In this document: positions 40,302 to 50,651 of the stretch, in pieces | Layout: each line of letters opens with the position of its first letter | How positions within the stretch are numbered: position 1 is the stretch's first letter | Origin: Candidatus Poribacteria bacterium | Lineage (GTDB): Bacteria; Poribacteria; WGA-4E; WGA-3G | Direction of reading: 5' to 3' | Length of the DNA: 64,000 nucleotides | NCBI GenBank assembly: GCA_965214095.1 | Contig: OZ243938.1 | Span: 1,120,001-1,184,000, forward strand | Translations under genes and position numbers: made by a program | The notes under the pieces: generated by a model | The model's input: only the letters and a program-made list of their open reading frames with translations | The model's database searches: none | What the model was told of the DNA's origin: nothing

Positions 40302-40377
40302 TTTTATCCTTTGGAAATGTTTTATTTCACTTTAGGATAAGAAAACTCGACAATTGAATGCCTCTGATTTTAAAGGG

Positions 40378-40504
40378 ATGTGTAAAGTTTTGGCATCAAC
40401 CGCATAATTCGTGGTAGGTGTGAACTCCGATTCCCCACTTGTCACAATTCGGAGATCGCTCATACAAGTTTTTGATCATATTGCGCCAAGAACTTTGCAC
40501 ACTC
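40378..40504. mobile_element. Miniature element (GTGTAAAGTT TIR family) with a degenerate GTAG REP pair
   Basis: GTGTAAAGTTTTGGC...GCCAAGAACTTTGCACAC; inner GTAGGTGTGAACTCCGATT / AATTCGGAGATCGCTCATAC. Confidence 0.65.
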
Positions 40505-40532
40505 AGCGTTAACAAAGTATGATTTGTTCTCG

Positions 40533-43193
40533 TCACTGGCTATAACTATTTGTATGTTCATGTATTTGTTGGCGTTCGCGGTTGGCATGAGGATCTGCCC
40601 GACGTGCTATACCTGTAATCTCATCAACCGATTCATCAGTCTTGAAACGCAAGTAAAGTTTTCTTGACTTGTTTGCCATAGGTGTATTCTTCAATGCACG
40701 ATAACATCGCATCATATTATAGTGAGCATCCAAATCTTCTGGATCGACCTCAATCGTTTTCTGAAAATGTGTTAATGCCGTTTCATACTCACGTTTGAGA
40801 AAGTACATGCCTCCCAGTTGATTGCGAACGCGAGTATCTCGTGGGAATTGTGATGCTGCTTGTTGTAGATGTTGAATTGCCAAATCGTATTTTCCATACG
40901 TCTCTTGTACCAAAGCATAGAAATAATGAACCTTTGCCCGATGAGGATTTCCGGGAGGCAAGATTTTCTGTATCTCAAATGCTCTGTTCAGCATCTCTTC
41001 TGCACTCTTCACGTCACCTTCTTTGATGTTACACCGTGCAATATTCACCCATCCATCCAAGTAACCAGGATCAATTTCTGTAACCTTCCTGAATGCAGCT
41101 TGTGCTTTTCTTAAGTCTCCTTGTAGGAATAGTCCTATACCGTAGTCGTTCCAACGTTCACGAGCATTACCATCCAATGTATCATTAAATGATACATTTT
41201 CTAAATTAGATTTGACATGTAAGGTTGTTCTTACATCTGCCATCATAACAATTGGTAGGTTTGGTATGGACTTGATTTCTCCTGCAACATCAGCAGTATC
41301 ACCAGTCCAAACCCATTTTCCATCGTCATAGCCTTTATCCACCTGATAGTTCGTATCTTCAGGATCGCGAACCCCCGCATAAGCCCACTGTGTATGCCAC
41401 CAGTTGAATTTGCGATAATTGAGTTTTGCTTCTAATGCCAGAGTATCGCCACAATCATCTGGAATAGTGAGCTTGTATCTCACCGTATCTGCGGCACCAG
41501 GTGGAATGGTGCGGGAATACAATACGGTTCGCATTGCCCACGCATTGCGTTTGTTAATTAAGTTACCGCGCTCATCTAACATATAGGCTTGATAGAAGTG
41601 TGCACTCGGATCAACAGGACCATTGCCATCAGGAGCAGCGATCCTACCATTCCAAAACACAATTTTACCATTCTCATCAGTTACCTTCAACTCAAGCCAG
41701 ATATCAAATGCATCAATTGTGCCAGCGGGGAATTGATGTCCAACCCCGCGCGTCCGAACTACAACCTCAATTAACGTGTCCTCTCCTCGTTGGATTGCTG
41801 CACCATTCTTTGGAACAGGTTTTCCATTAGCAAACAGATCTAACGTGATAACATCATTTTTTAAGAAGTCTATTACTGTTTGGAGTTGTTCATCGTGTTT
41901 ATTAACATAAGGGAGTGCAGTATTCGCTGCAGGAAAACGATGACTGTGGACTTTACCCTTTATATTCCCCGCATCTTTTGAGTCAACAAGTGGCATGTGG
42001 CAATCAACACATTTCTTAGCCTTTTCAGGATAATAGAATGAGAGCGCTCCTTGATGTGAAACACCACTCTTCTGCCATTGATCGTAGTCGTTGAAACCAC
42101 GCACCCATTTGAAATTGTTGACCGGAAAGTCAAGATGTACCTTGTGACAAGTTGAACAGAATTCTGCTGTATTATCTCGGTGGAAAGGCTTTAGAAAACT
42201 CTTGCGATGTGGTTCTGGATCAAGCCGAATTAAGTAGTTGTGCAATCCGCGGATAATGCTATTGTCACTTGATGCTAAATCATGTAGAGGAGGATACTTT
42301 ATCACATACCCACTATTTCCCATCGTATCCTTGACTCGTTCAATGGAATGGCAAGCCGTGCATGCTAATCCTGCTTGTGCGGCAGGTGTATGAAGGTTTT
42401 CTCTAATCGGTTTGTCCATAATTCCATTAAGTAGAATAGCGGGATCATGACATCCACCGCACCATTTCGAAGACTGTATACCGTTCACCTCCTGCATATA
42501 GATGATGGATTTGCGGTACCACTGGTTGTTGAAAGATGAAAAATGATGAGCAGATTCGTTCCACTGCTTATAGATATCCGGATGACAACCTTTTGTTGCA
42601 CATGTTTCGGATGTCAGAAAAAAATCAGTCGGAATGAGGTTACCTGTCTCTGTTTCTACAGATGCTGGAAAAAAATGTCCTGTCGTTCCACCACCTTCTT
42701 CATACATACTTGTCGGAGGGAAAGCAGGATTCTTGACAATATAATCCGCGTTAGGAAAATAGTGTTGCGAAACCTTAGCACCTATTGGAAAGAACAGCAC
42801 AAAAATAAAAACCCCAACAATCATCTTTTTTAGAATTGGTGAAATTGTGTCACTGAACTTCAATAGATGGATTGAAAAGAGCAGACTCCCAATGCTTACG
42901 CTGACTATATGTGTAATGAGAACCCAACGGTAAGGAGTTGTCGCACCGACTACCATCAGATAACCACCAGAGATGATTCCAATGATTACTCCTAAGACTC
43001 CGAATTTACCTATACCTGTCAGTTTTCTGAGATGTTTATAAAGATAGATACAGAATGGGATCAGTAGAATAATTCCGAGACCAATATGGAGAAGTACATT
43101 TAAAATATAGAAAAGTGTGGGTTCACCGAAACTGAATAGATATGCACTGTTTAGGAGTAGAATTAGGAAGGCTAATAGTGAAATTTTACGCAT
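40533..43193 (-). CDS. Membrane-anchored multiheme cytochrome c (c554-like) with C-terminal TPRs
   Basis: N-terminal TMs; CATKGCH, CGGCH, CTACH, CSTCH, CVDCH; TPR tail (WNDYGIGL, HYNMMRCY). Confidence 0.85.
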   Translation of the reverse strand: MRKISLLAFLILLLNSAYLFSFGEPTLFYILNVLLHIGLGIILLIPFCIYLYKHLRKLTGIGKFGVLGVIIGIISGGYLMVVGATTPYRWVLITHIVSVSIGSLLFSIHLLKFSDTISPILKKMIVGVFIFVLFFPIGAKVSQHYFPNADYIVKNPAFPPTSMYEEGGGTTGHFFPASVETETGNLIPTDFFLTSETCATKGCHPDIYKQWNESAHHFSSFNNQWYRKSIIYMQEVNGIQSSKWCGGCHDPAILLNGIMDKPIRENLHTPAAQAGLACTACHSIERVKDTMGNSGYVIKYPPLHDLASSDNSIIRGLHNYLIRLDPEPHRKSFLKPFHRDNTAEFCSTCHKVHLDFPVNNFKWVRGFNDYDQWQKSGVSHQGALSFYYPEKAKKCVDCHMPLVDSKDAGNIKGKVHSHRFPAANTALPYVNKHDEQLQTVIDFLKNDVITLDLFANGKPVPKNGAAIQRGEDTLIEVVVRTRGVGHQFPAGTIDAFDIWLELKVTDENGKIVFWNGRIAAPDGNGPVDPSAHFYQAYMLDERGNLINKRNAWAMRTVLYSRTIPPGAADTVRYKLTIPDDCGDTLALEAKLNYRKFNWWHTQWAYAGVRDPEDTNYQVDKGYDDGKWVWTGDTADVAGEIKSIPNLPIVMMADVRTTLHVKSNLENVSFNDTLDGNARERWNDYGIGLFLQGDLRKAQAAFRKVTEIDPGYLDGWVNIARCNIKEGDVKSAEEMLNRAFEIQKILPPGNPHRAKVHYFYALVQETYGKYDLAIQHLQQAASQFPRDTRVRNQLGGMYFLKREYETALTHFQKTIEVDPEDLDAHYNMMRCYRALKNTPMANKSRKLYLRFKTDESVDEITGIARRADPHANRERQQIHEHTNSYSQ

Positions 43194-43235
43194 GGATTTG
43201 TTTGGTTTGATTCTGATATGAGCATTTATCTATAT

Positions 43236-43985
43236 TTACCCGGCAGTATACCCACCATCAATCGGCAAGGCGATCCCCGTAACAAAAGCAGATTCGTCGG
43301 ATGCCAGATATAATGCACCATAAGCAATCTCTATCGGTTGACCAAGCCGACGCATGGGATGTTTATCTGCAAGTTTCTGGTATTCATTAGGTGTTTTGAT
43401 GACTCCTGCGACTAACGGTGTTTCTACAAAACCGGGACAGATACAATTCACTCGGATATTGTCTTGAGCATAGTCAAGTGCCATTCCGCGCGTCAAATTT
43501 GTTACAGCACCCTTAGATGCAACATACGCAGCTCGGACATCCGCACCAACTAGACCGTAGATAGAGGACATATTAATAATAACTCCTCCACCGTTCTTTT
43601 GCATCGCAGGGATAGCAGCTTTAGCACAGAGGAATACACCGTTTAGGTTGACATCTAAACAACGATGCCAATCATCTTCAGGGAGTTCCCCTACAGGTAG
43701 ACGCATGGCGATTCCAGCGTTGTTGAAAAGTATATCAAGTTTTCCAAAAGAATCTACGGTTTGTGCTACGACATTTTGTGTATCTACTTTGATAGTCACA
43801 TCAGTTCTGATAAATTTTGCTACATGACCAACGTCTTGTATATCCGCGACAGTCTGCTCTCCTCCATCAATATCTATGTCTGCCACAACGATCCTTGCAC
43901 CGTGTTCGGCAAAGAGTTTCGCTGTCGCTTTACCTATACCGGAAGCTGCACCTGTGATAATTACCACCTTGTCCTTTAGTCTCAC
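43236..43985 (-). CDS. Short-chain dehydrogenase/reductase
   Basis: TGAASGIG, NNAG, YVASKG; GTG start 2 nt after the upstream stop. Confidence 0.92.
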   Translation of the reverse strand: MRLKDKVVIITGAASGIGKATAKLFAEHGARIVVADIDIDGGEQTVADIQDVGHVAKFIRTDVTIKVDTQNVVAQTVDSFGKLDILFNNAGIAMRLPVGELPEDDWHRCLDVNLNGVFLCAKAAIPAMQKNGGGVIINMSSIYGLVGADVRAAYVASKGAVTNLTRGMALDYAQDNIRVNCICPGFVETPLVAGVIKTPNEYQKLADKHPMRRLGQPIEIAYGALYLASDESAFVTGIALPIDGGYTAG

Positions 43986-43987
43986 GG

Positions 43988-44920
43988 TTACACTTTTTCC
44001 TTCCAAGCAGCAAGATTCTGTTCTGGTTGACCGATCTGATTTCTCAACACACCGATATTTTCTATTTCAAGTTCTATCACATCACCGGGTTGAATCCATC
44101 TGTCAAGTTCCCATCCACATCCTTTGCCGACAGTGCCAGAGCCTAAAAATTCACCCGGGAATAGTGTTTCAGACTGCGATACAAAAGAAATCATCTCTTC
44201 AAAAGTATAGTACATATCTGATGTCGTTCCTTCAGACCAAACTTCTCCATTGACTCTTGCTGTCATTTTCAGATCGTAAGGATCACCAATTTCATCAGGT
44301 GTTACAAGACACGGCCCCATGATGTTGCTGTTGTCAAAATCCTTACCTTTTGCAGGACCGAGGGATAACGTCATGTGACGGAATTGTATATCACGCGCAC
44401 TGATATCGTTGTATATGGTATATCCAGCGATGTATTCATGTGCATCTTCAATAGGGATATTCTTCCCAGTTTTGCCGATATACACACCCCATTCCAATTC
44501 AAAATCAAGTTTCTCTGTGTAGTTTGGCCAAGTGACAACAGCTTCGTGTCCAGCAATGGATGCGGGACTTGTGCTACCTCTGTAATAATTGGGAAGTTTG
44601 AACCATTCAGGTGAAATTTCTTTTCCTGTAATTCGAGATGCAGCATCCATGTGTGTTTTGAAAACACCAAAATCCCGCAAACTTGCAGGACGTGGAAACG
44701 GTGCTTGTAATACTACATCGGATATATTATATACACTTTCCTTGCGTTGCGACAGAATTGTGTCAAGTCGTTTTTGTGCTTCATCTAAACAGTTCTGTTC
44801 AAAGAACTGTGTCATATCCGATACTTCAAGTGCAAGATCAACGATAGTGTTCCCATCGATCAAAGCTCCAAGTTTGTTATGTTCGTTGTTTGACGGTAGT
44901 TTGAATGTTACAAGTTTCAC
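43988..44920 (-). CDS. Fumarylacetoacetate hydrolase family protein
   Basis: LDFELEWG, YNDISARD, KGKDF, GSGTVG. Confidence 0.9.
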   Translation of the reverse strand: MKLVTFKLPSNNEHNKLGALIDGNTIVDLALEVSDMTQFFEQNCLDEAQKRLDTILSQRKESVYNISDVVLQAPFPRPASLRDFGVFKTHMDAASRITGKEISPEWFKLPNYYRGSTSPASIAGHEAVVTWPNYTEKLDFELEWGVYIGKTGKNIPIEDAHEYIAGYTIYNDISARDIQFRHMTLSLGPAKGKDFDNSNIMGPCLVTPDEIGDPYDLKMTARVNGEVWSEGTTSDMYYTFEEMISFVSQSETLFPGEFLGSGTVGKGCGWELDRWIQPGDVIELEIENIGVLRNQIGQPEQNLAAWKEKV

Positions 44921-44949
44921 AAATAATCCTCCCTTGATGCTATGGTAAC

Positions 44950-44978
44950 TTTATACTATATTAGCATTCAAAAGTCAA
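44950..44978 (-). promoter_or_regulatory. Putative promoter of the FAH-SDR unit
   Basis: TTGACT-17 bp-TATAAA on the minus strand. Confidence 0.5.
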
Positions 44979-44996
44979 GGATATGTATTTCGTTGG

Positions 44997-45081
44997 GTGT
45001 GTAAAGTTTCAGCAAAATGTTTATCTGAACCAGGATAACATTCAAGATATTTCTATGATAGAAAAAGAAAAATTTGCACAC
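44997..45081. repeat. Degenerate member of the GTGTAAAGTT TIR family
   Basis: GTGTGTAAAGTTT...AAATTTGCACAC; same ends as 40378-40504. Confidence 0.5.
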
Positions 45082-45168
45082 AGTAGGAAGACATTGTAAA
45101 GTTATTCTTGGAGTTCACACATATATCTCAAAATTGTGAAGAAAAAGAACTTGCATAACACTTGGCGA

Positions 45169-47235
45169 CTAATAATGACCATCATCAGGATCAATACGTA
45201 GATTCGGATTACTACTTCGGATTTTATAAATCGTCATCATTCCTTGAATAGGATTGTTCTTGACATATAGTTCTCTTAAAGACTTCAGATTTTGAAGTTC
45301 ACCAAAATCAGTAATCTTATTATCGTTCAATCTAAGGATAGCAAGCCGTTTCAATTCAGCAATCGGACTGATATCGGATATTTGATTCTTACCAAGCGTA
45401 AGCATCCCAAGATATTTCATATCAGATAGCGGCGAAATATCACTTATTTTATTATCCGTAAGGTGCAATATCCCCAATTGTGTCAACTTTGAAAGAGGCT
45501 TTATATCGGTGATTTGATTTCTGATAAGTCCTAAGCGTCTTAGTTGATCTAATTCAGCCAACGGCGTTAAGTCGGTGATACCATTATCATTTAGAGATAG
45601 ATCTGTAAGTCGATTTAGTCCAGATAGCACATTCACAACCATAGTAAGATCATGGATTTTGTTACTACCTATACTTAGATCGGTGAGTCGTTCAAGTCCA
45701 GCAAGCGATGTGATGTCACTGATATGATTTCCCGAGAGTCCTAAATCCTGAAGGTGTTTTAATTCTGCCAATGGAGTGAGATCTCTAATTTTATTCCCAT
45801 ATAACCATAATATATCAAGTTGTTTCATTTCTGCCAATGGTGCAATATCCGTAATTTGACATTTTCTGAGATATAAGTGTTTTAGATGTATCATGCCTGC
45901 TAATGGAGTTATATCACTAATTTGGGTGTTTTTTATGGATAACCAAGTCATTTTCTTTAAATTAGCAAGTGGTGAAATGTCAGAAATGTTGTTGCCAGAT
46001 AAAGATAAACTGCTTAGATGAACCAAATGCGTGAGAGGCGTCAGATCACTTATTTTATTTTTTTGCTTGCTGTACCCATCTTCTAACTTCAATTCCGACA
46101 ACTGTTGCAATCCACTTAGAGGAGAAATGTCTTCAATGGGATTACCTTCAATATACAGATGAGTTAATTCTGTTAATTCTTTAAGTGGGGTAATGTCTTC
46201 AATCTGATTATCATCTAGATATAAAGCCCATAGTCCAGGCATTTTTTCTAAACCAGTTAGGTCTTTTATTCCTTTATCTCTGCCACTAATTGATTCCACT
46301 TCTATCAACCTGTTTGATGGAATTGGTTCATGTGGCTCTAAGTTCAGCTCCTCTCTCACAGCTGCTGCAAGGTTCACATCTGGTATTTCTGGAGATGGGA
46401 TAGTCTGCACGACTTCTTGAGATGTGTCATCGTCTTGAGGAATAGGTGACGGAAGAACCGAGATATAGGATGGATATTCTAAATATTTATATTTGTCAAC
46501 TGCACTTCTATCAACAATCAAATTATCAATATAACTTAATAGTAGATAATTATTTAATCCACTAAGTGGTTTGATATCCTTAATATGGTTATGATCAACG
46601 TATAACTTTTTTAGATTAATCAGTTTACCGAGGGGATTCACATCAATTATTTCATTGTTTCTCAGAGTTAATTCAGTCAGTCTTATCAAATCAACTAACG
46701 GTGTGAGATCTACGATTTGATTGTTATCCAGATGCAGTCGTCTGAGTTCTGTTAATTCCGCCAAAGGTGAGATGTCCTGAATATGATTCATTCCAAGACG
46801 TAAGGATATAAGTGCTTTAAATTCTCTTATTACGTTTACGTTTGAGATAAAATTGCTATGTAGTTTGAGATACTCAAGTCTTGTTAAGTCTCTGAGTGCA
46901 CCGATATCACTGATTTGGTTGTGACTAAGATCTAAATCCTTAAGTTTTGTTAATTCTTTTAGTGGAGTAATGTCATTGATAAAGTTCCCGCGGCAATCGA
47001 ATTGTCTTAAATTAACAACATTCTCTAATCCAGCTAAATTGCTTATTCCCTTTTTTCTAACAGACAAGTATGTAATCGTTTTGAGTTCTTTTTTGAAAAT
47101 AGGTTCTGTTGGACCAAGATGTAGTCTTGCACGGATAGCAGATTCCAGATTTGGGTCTGGAAAATCTATCGGTTCAGATTGGAAACAACCTATGATTACT
47201 ATATAGAAGATTAAAAGCAGGAAAATCTTTCTCAT
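45169..47235 (-). CDS. Internalin-like leucine-rich-repeat lipoprotein with two LRR modules
   Basis: Lipobox IIGC; 22-aa LxxLxLxxNQISDIxPL repeats; two N-caps (FPDPNLESAIR, IPDVNLAAAVR). Confidence 0.92.
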   Translation of the reverse strand: MRKIFLLLIFYIVIIGCFQSEPIDFPDPNLESAIRARLHLGPTEPIFKKELKTITYLSVRKKGISNLAGLENVVNLRQFDCRGNFINDITPLKELTKLKDLDLSHNQISDIGALRDLTRLEYLKLHSNFISNVNVIREFKALISLRLGMNHIQDISPLAELTELRRLHLDNNQIVDLTPLVDLIRLTELTLRNNEIIDVNPLGKLINLKKLYVDHNHIKDIKPLSGLNNYLLLSYIDNLIVDRSAVDKYKYLEYPSYISVLPSPIPQDDDTSQEVVQTIPSPEIPDVNLAAAVREELNLEPHEPIPSNRLIEVESISGRDKGIKDLTGLEKMPGLWALYLDDNQIEDITPLKELTELTHLYIEGNPIEDISPLSGLQQLSELKLEDGYSKQKNKISDLTPLTHLVHLSSLSLSGNNISDISPLANLKKMTWLSIKNTQISDITPLAGMIHLKHLYLRKCQITDIAPLAEMKQLDILWLYGNKIRDLTPLAELKHLQDLGLSGNHISDITSLAGLERLTDLSIGSNKIHDLTMVVNVLSGLNRLTDLSLNDNGITDLTPLAELDQLRRLGLIRNQITDIKPLSKLTQLGILHLTDNKISDISPLSDMKYLGMLTLGKNQISDISPIAELKRLAILRLNDNKITDFGELQNLKSLRELYVKNNPIQGMMTIYKIRSSNPNLRIDPDDGHY

Positions 47236-47259
47236 CAGATTTTCTCCATTCTCACATTA

Positions 47260-47835
47260 TTATTCAAAGTACTCATCTTCGCTAAACTTTGTCCACGAAT
47301 GAAACACTGGAAAGGGTATTGGCAAACTTTCATCAGGATCGTTAATTCTAAATTCAATCTTCTCTTTGTCAAATAGGTTTCGAACTGAAATGGATATTCC
47401 TTCAGTTTCAATACAATTATCACATGTATTTGGTAAATTCTGATGTGAACTTGGAGATTCAAAATAAAGTTTATATTCTGATCCACCTTTTTCAACACGA
47501 TAATCCTTTGCTATGATCTCCCATTCATTGAGAGCAGTATCACCTTCAGCATATTGAGCCCATATACTAATTACTTGCTTGTCATTATCAAAGAAATCAA
47601 GGATGATACCCTTTCGTTTCAATGCGTCCTTAGATGGGGCAAACTGACGAAATGACCGATCTTGTAATTCGGTTTTTACCTGTTCCTCTTCTTCGATATC
47701 AACAGGTTCTAATGGATTAGCACAGGATATTAGAGATATACAAACAATAATCGGTATAATCAACAATAGATATAGTCTTGTATGGATTTTATTGATTGCT
47801 TGGTATCTTAAATTAAGACGTTTGGATTTTTTCAT
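47260..47835 (-). CDS. Hypothetical lipoprotein
   Basis: Basic N-terminus, hydrophobic stretch, LISC lipobox; AAGGA SD. Confidence 0.7.
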   Translation of the reverse strand: MKKSKRLNLRYQAINKIHTRLYLLLIIPIIVCISLISCANPLEPVDIEEEEQVKTELQDRSFRQFAPSKDALKRKGIILDFFDNDKQVISIWAQYAEGDTALNEWEIIAKDYRVEKGGSEYKLYFESPSSHQNLPNTCDNCIETEGISISVRNLFDKEKIEFRINDPDESLPIPFPVFHSWTKFSEDEYFE

Positions 47836-48002
47836 TCCTGATCCTTTCTTTTGTTATCATACTAATCAAATTGTAACATTGTAATAGATAGATTGTCAAG
47901 ACAATGCGTAGTTTTGATCTAAACATTCAAACAGAAATAGTCCTTGATTCATTACATGCTGTTTGGTAAAATGCCAACATATTCATACTCATAGAGGTAG
48001 TT

Positions 48003-49031
48003 ATGCAAGAAATTGTTATAGATGCAGAAAAGTTGCATGACTTTGCGCGAAAGCTTTGTGAAAAAGCAGGTTTATCATCAGATGATGCTGAACTGATGGC
48101 GAAGCTACAGGTTCAAACCGACCTACGTGGGGTACATTCTCACGGAACACGTGCATTGCCGGGATACCTGAACCAAGTACTTGATGGCAACCTAAACCCA
48201 ACACCGAATCTCCAAATCGTCACAGAAGGACCAAGTTTCGCAGTAATTGATGGAGATAACGGAATGGGACATCTAGCAAGTACGCTTGCTATGCAAACTG
48301 CGATTGATAAGGCAAAAACAACAGGTGTTGCAGCTGCTGGAGTACATAATGCAGGACATTTCGGAGCAGCAGCTTGTTATTCTATCATGGCAACTGAGAA
48401 TGGGATGATCGGCTTTTCAACAACAAATACTGGCAGACCCTCTGTCGCTGCCCCCGGTAGTGCTGAAGCAGTGGTCGGAAACAACGCTTTTAGTTATGCA
48501 TTGCCAACTGGACAAGGACATCCAATCGTATTAGATATGGCATGTGGTGTATCATCATGGGGGAAGATTGGAACGTTCCGTATGTACAGCAAACCGATCC
48601 CTGATGGTTGGCTATTAGACGATACAGGTCAGCCAAGTGCCGATCCAAGTCAAGGTAGTTTATTAGCACCCGCTGCGGGTCCGAGAGGATACGGATTAGC
48701 TCTGATAATGGGCATTTTAGCGGGACCTCTCTCTGGCGGAATGATGACAATCAATAAAACCATAACTACATCTGAACACTTCTTTTTTGCCATGAATATT
48801 GAATCTTTTACCGATTATGATATGTATACCTCTGAAGTTGAGAATGGAATACGTAAAATTCACGACGCAAAAACAGCGGAGGGTGTGGAACAAGTCTATC
48901 TCCCCGGTGAAATAGAATGGAATAACTACGATAAATGGATAGAGAACGGCATTCCTATTCATGTAGATCATTTACGCAGTCTTGCAAACGTCGCAGAGAA
49001 ATTAGATATTAACATATTTTGGGAGTGGTAA
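48003..49031 (+). CDS. Ldh_2 family oxidoreductase (ComC/AllD-like)
   Basis: DLRGVHSHG, DGDNGMG, HFGAAA, LDMA, YLPGE. Confidence 0.9.
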   Translation: MQEIVIDAEKLHDFARKLCEKAGLSSDDAELMAKLQVQTDLRGVHSHGTRALPGYLNQVLDGNLNPTPNLQIVTEGPSFAVIDGDNGMGHLASTLAMQTAIDKAKTTGVAAAGVHNAGHFGAAACYSIMATENGMIGFSTTNTGRPSVAAPGSAEAVVGNNAFSYALPTGQGHPIVLDMACGVSSWGKIGTFRMYSKPIPDGWLLDDTGQPSADPSQGSLLAPAAGPRGYGLALIMGILAGPLSGGMMTINKTITTSEHFFFAMNIESFTDYDMYTSEVENGIRKIHDAKTAEGVEQVYLPGEIEWNNYDKWIENGIPIHVDHLRSLANVAEKLDINIFWEW

Positions 49032-49034
49032 CCT

Positions 49035-50528
49035 ATGGAAGAAACGAATGAACGTGTTGACGGTGGCACACTACCCGATTGGGAAGTAGCAGAACTTCCT
49101 GCTCCACCTCAATATCAATTTGGTAAAGCATTTAGAAACATATTAGGACCAGGAATAATTGCCTTAGGTGCATCAATCGGCAGTGGGGAATGGTTATTAG
49201 GACCAGCAATTACTGCTCAATATGGTGGTACATTGCTGTGGATTGCTACCATTGCAATCCTACTGCAATCCGTTCTAAACACAGAGTCAATCCGCTATAC
49301 GTTGTATACTGGTGAACCGATGTTGAGTGGTTACATGCGGTGTAAACCTGGACCACGGTTCTGGGCAATTCTCTATTCCGGTGTTGACTTTTTCAGCATT
49401 TGGCCTGGATGGGCAATGGCAGCTGCAACTGCTCTGGCTGCAGCATGGATAGGAAGAATGCCATCGGAAGCCGATCAGAATACTGTCCGTATATTTGCTT
49501 ATATTATCTTTTTCGCATGTTTAGCAATCATAATGTTCGGAGGAAAAATATACAATGCACTTGAGAAAGTTCTGCTATTCATGGTTGTATGGATTATCGG
49601 ATACTTGGTCATTGTAGATGTTATTCTGGTCTCACCTGCTGTCTGGTGGACTGTCATAAAAGGTTTCTTCAGTTTCGGTGCATTGCCACCTGAAGTACAG
49701 GGTGGAAACTTTGATTGGTTACTACTTGGTGCATTCGCTGCCTATGCTGGAAGTGGAGGTTTAGGAAACATAACTATATCAAACTATGTCCGTGATAAAG
49801 GATGGGGTATGAGTAGTTTGGTTGGTGCGATCCCATCTATTATCGGTGGTCAAAAGGTGACACTCTCACACTTCGGTAAAGTGTTCAGAATTTCTCCAGA
49901 AAATATCAATCGATTCAAAGAGTGGTGGAAATATGTTAGATTTGAACAGTATTACATCTGGGTCGTTGGGTGTTTCATCGGTTTGGCACTACCTGCAATG
50001 TTGACACTTGAATATGTGCCGTTAGGGCAGGAAATGGATCAATGGGCTGCGGCAGGATTTCAAGCTGAAGGACTCGCACAAAGAGGTGGTAGAATCTTGT
50101 GGTATCTCACGCTGTTATGCGGATTTTGGGTGCTTTTCTCAACACAACTTGGCAGTGTAGATGGTGTACCACGTAGATTTACCGACATTATTTGGACTGG
50201 GTTCAGAAGGGCAAGAGCAATGGATGATCACAATGCAAAATGGATCTACTATCCGATAGTCCTCGTTTATGTCATCTGGGGTGTCATAGCAATGTATTTG
50301 GCAAAACCTTTGTTAATGATTATCGTGTCAGCGACAATAGGTGGGTATCAACTGGTGATGTGTTCAATCCATACCTTATATGTAAATCGTAAGTTCTTAC
50401 CGAAGGAGATTCAACCACCAATATATAAGCAGATTGGACTAATATTGTGTGCATTGTTCTATTCAATCTTTGGCACAATCACGGTTTACAAACAGGTGGT
50501 TGTGAAATATATCATACCACTATTTTAG
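49035..50528 (+). CDS. Nramp-like/APC-superfamily transporter
   Basis: LGPGII...IGSGEWLLGP, RYTLYTGE; many TM segments. Confidence 0.78.
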   Translation: MEETNERVDGGTLPDWEVAELPAPPQYQFGKAFRNILGPGIIALGASIGSGEWLLGPAITAQYGGTLLWIATIAILLQSVLNTESIRYTLYTGEPMLSGYMRCKPGPRFWAILYSGVDFFSIWPGWAMAAATALAAAWIGRMPSEADQNTVRIFAYIIFFACLAIIMFGGKIYNALEKVLLFMVVWIIGYLVIVDVILVSPAVWWTVIKGFFSFGALPPEVQGGNFDWLLLGAFAAYAGSGGLGNITISNYVRDKGWGMSSLVGAIPSIIGGQKVTLSHFGKVFRISPENINRFKEWWKYVRFEQYYIWVVGCFIGLALPAMLTLEYVPLGQEMDQWAAAGFQAEGLAQRGGRILWYLTLLCGFWVLFSTQLGSVDGVPRRFTDIIWTGFRRARAMDDHNAKWIYYPIVLVYVIWGVIAMYLAKPLLMIIVSATIGGYQLVMCSIHTLYVNRKFLPKEIQPPIYKQIGLILCALFYSIFGTITVYKQVVVKYIIPLF

Positions 50529-50651
50529 CTACGGTAGATACATTCAATATCGTTAACGGCATCATTCATTGCGCCTCTTACATTCTTCATACCGTTGATT
50601 TAATGTTTCTAAGCGCATCGGACTTTGATGTCAAATTACTTAATTCATTTC

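Larger units (their letters stand above)
37546..40366. mobile_element. Putative non-autonomous cargo element bounded by perfect 20-bp inverted repeats
   Basis: CAGAGGCATTCAATTGTCGA (37546-37565) / TCGACAATTGAATGCCTCTG (40347-40366); TTTAAA 2 nt outside each end; no transposase inside. Confidence 0.6.
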
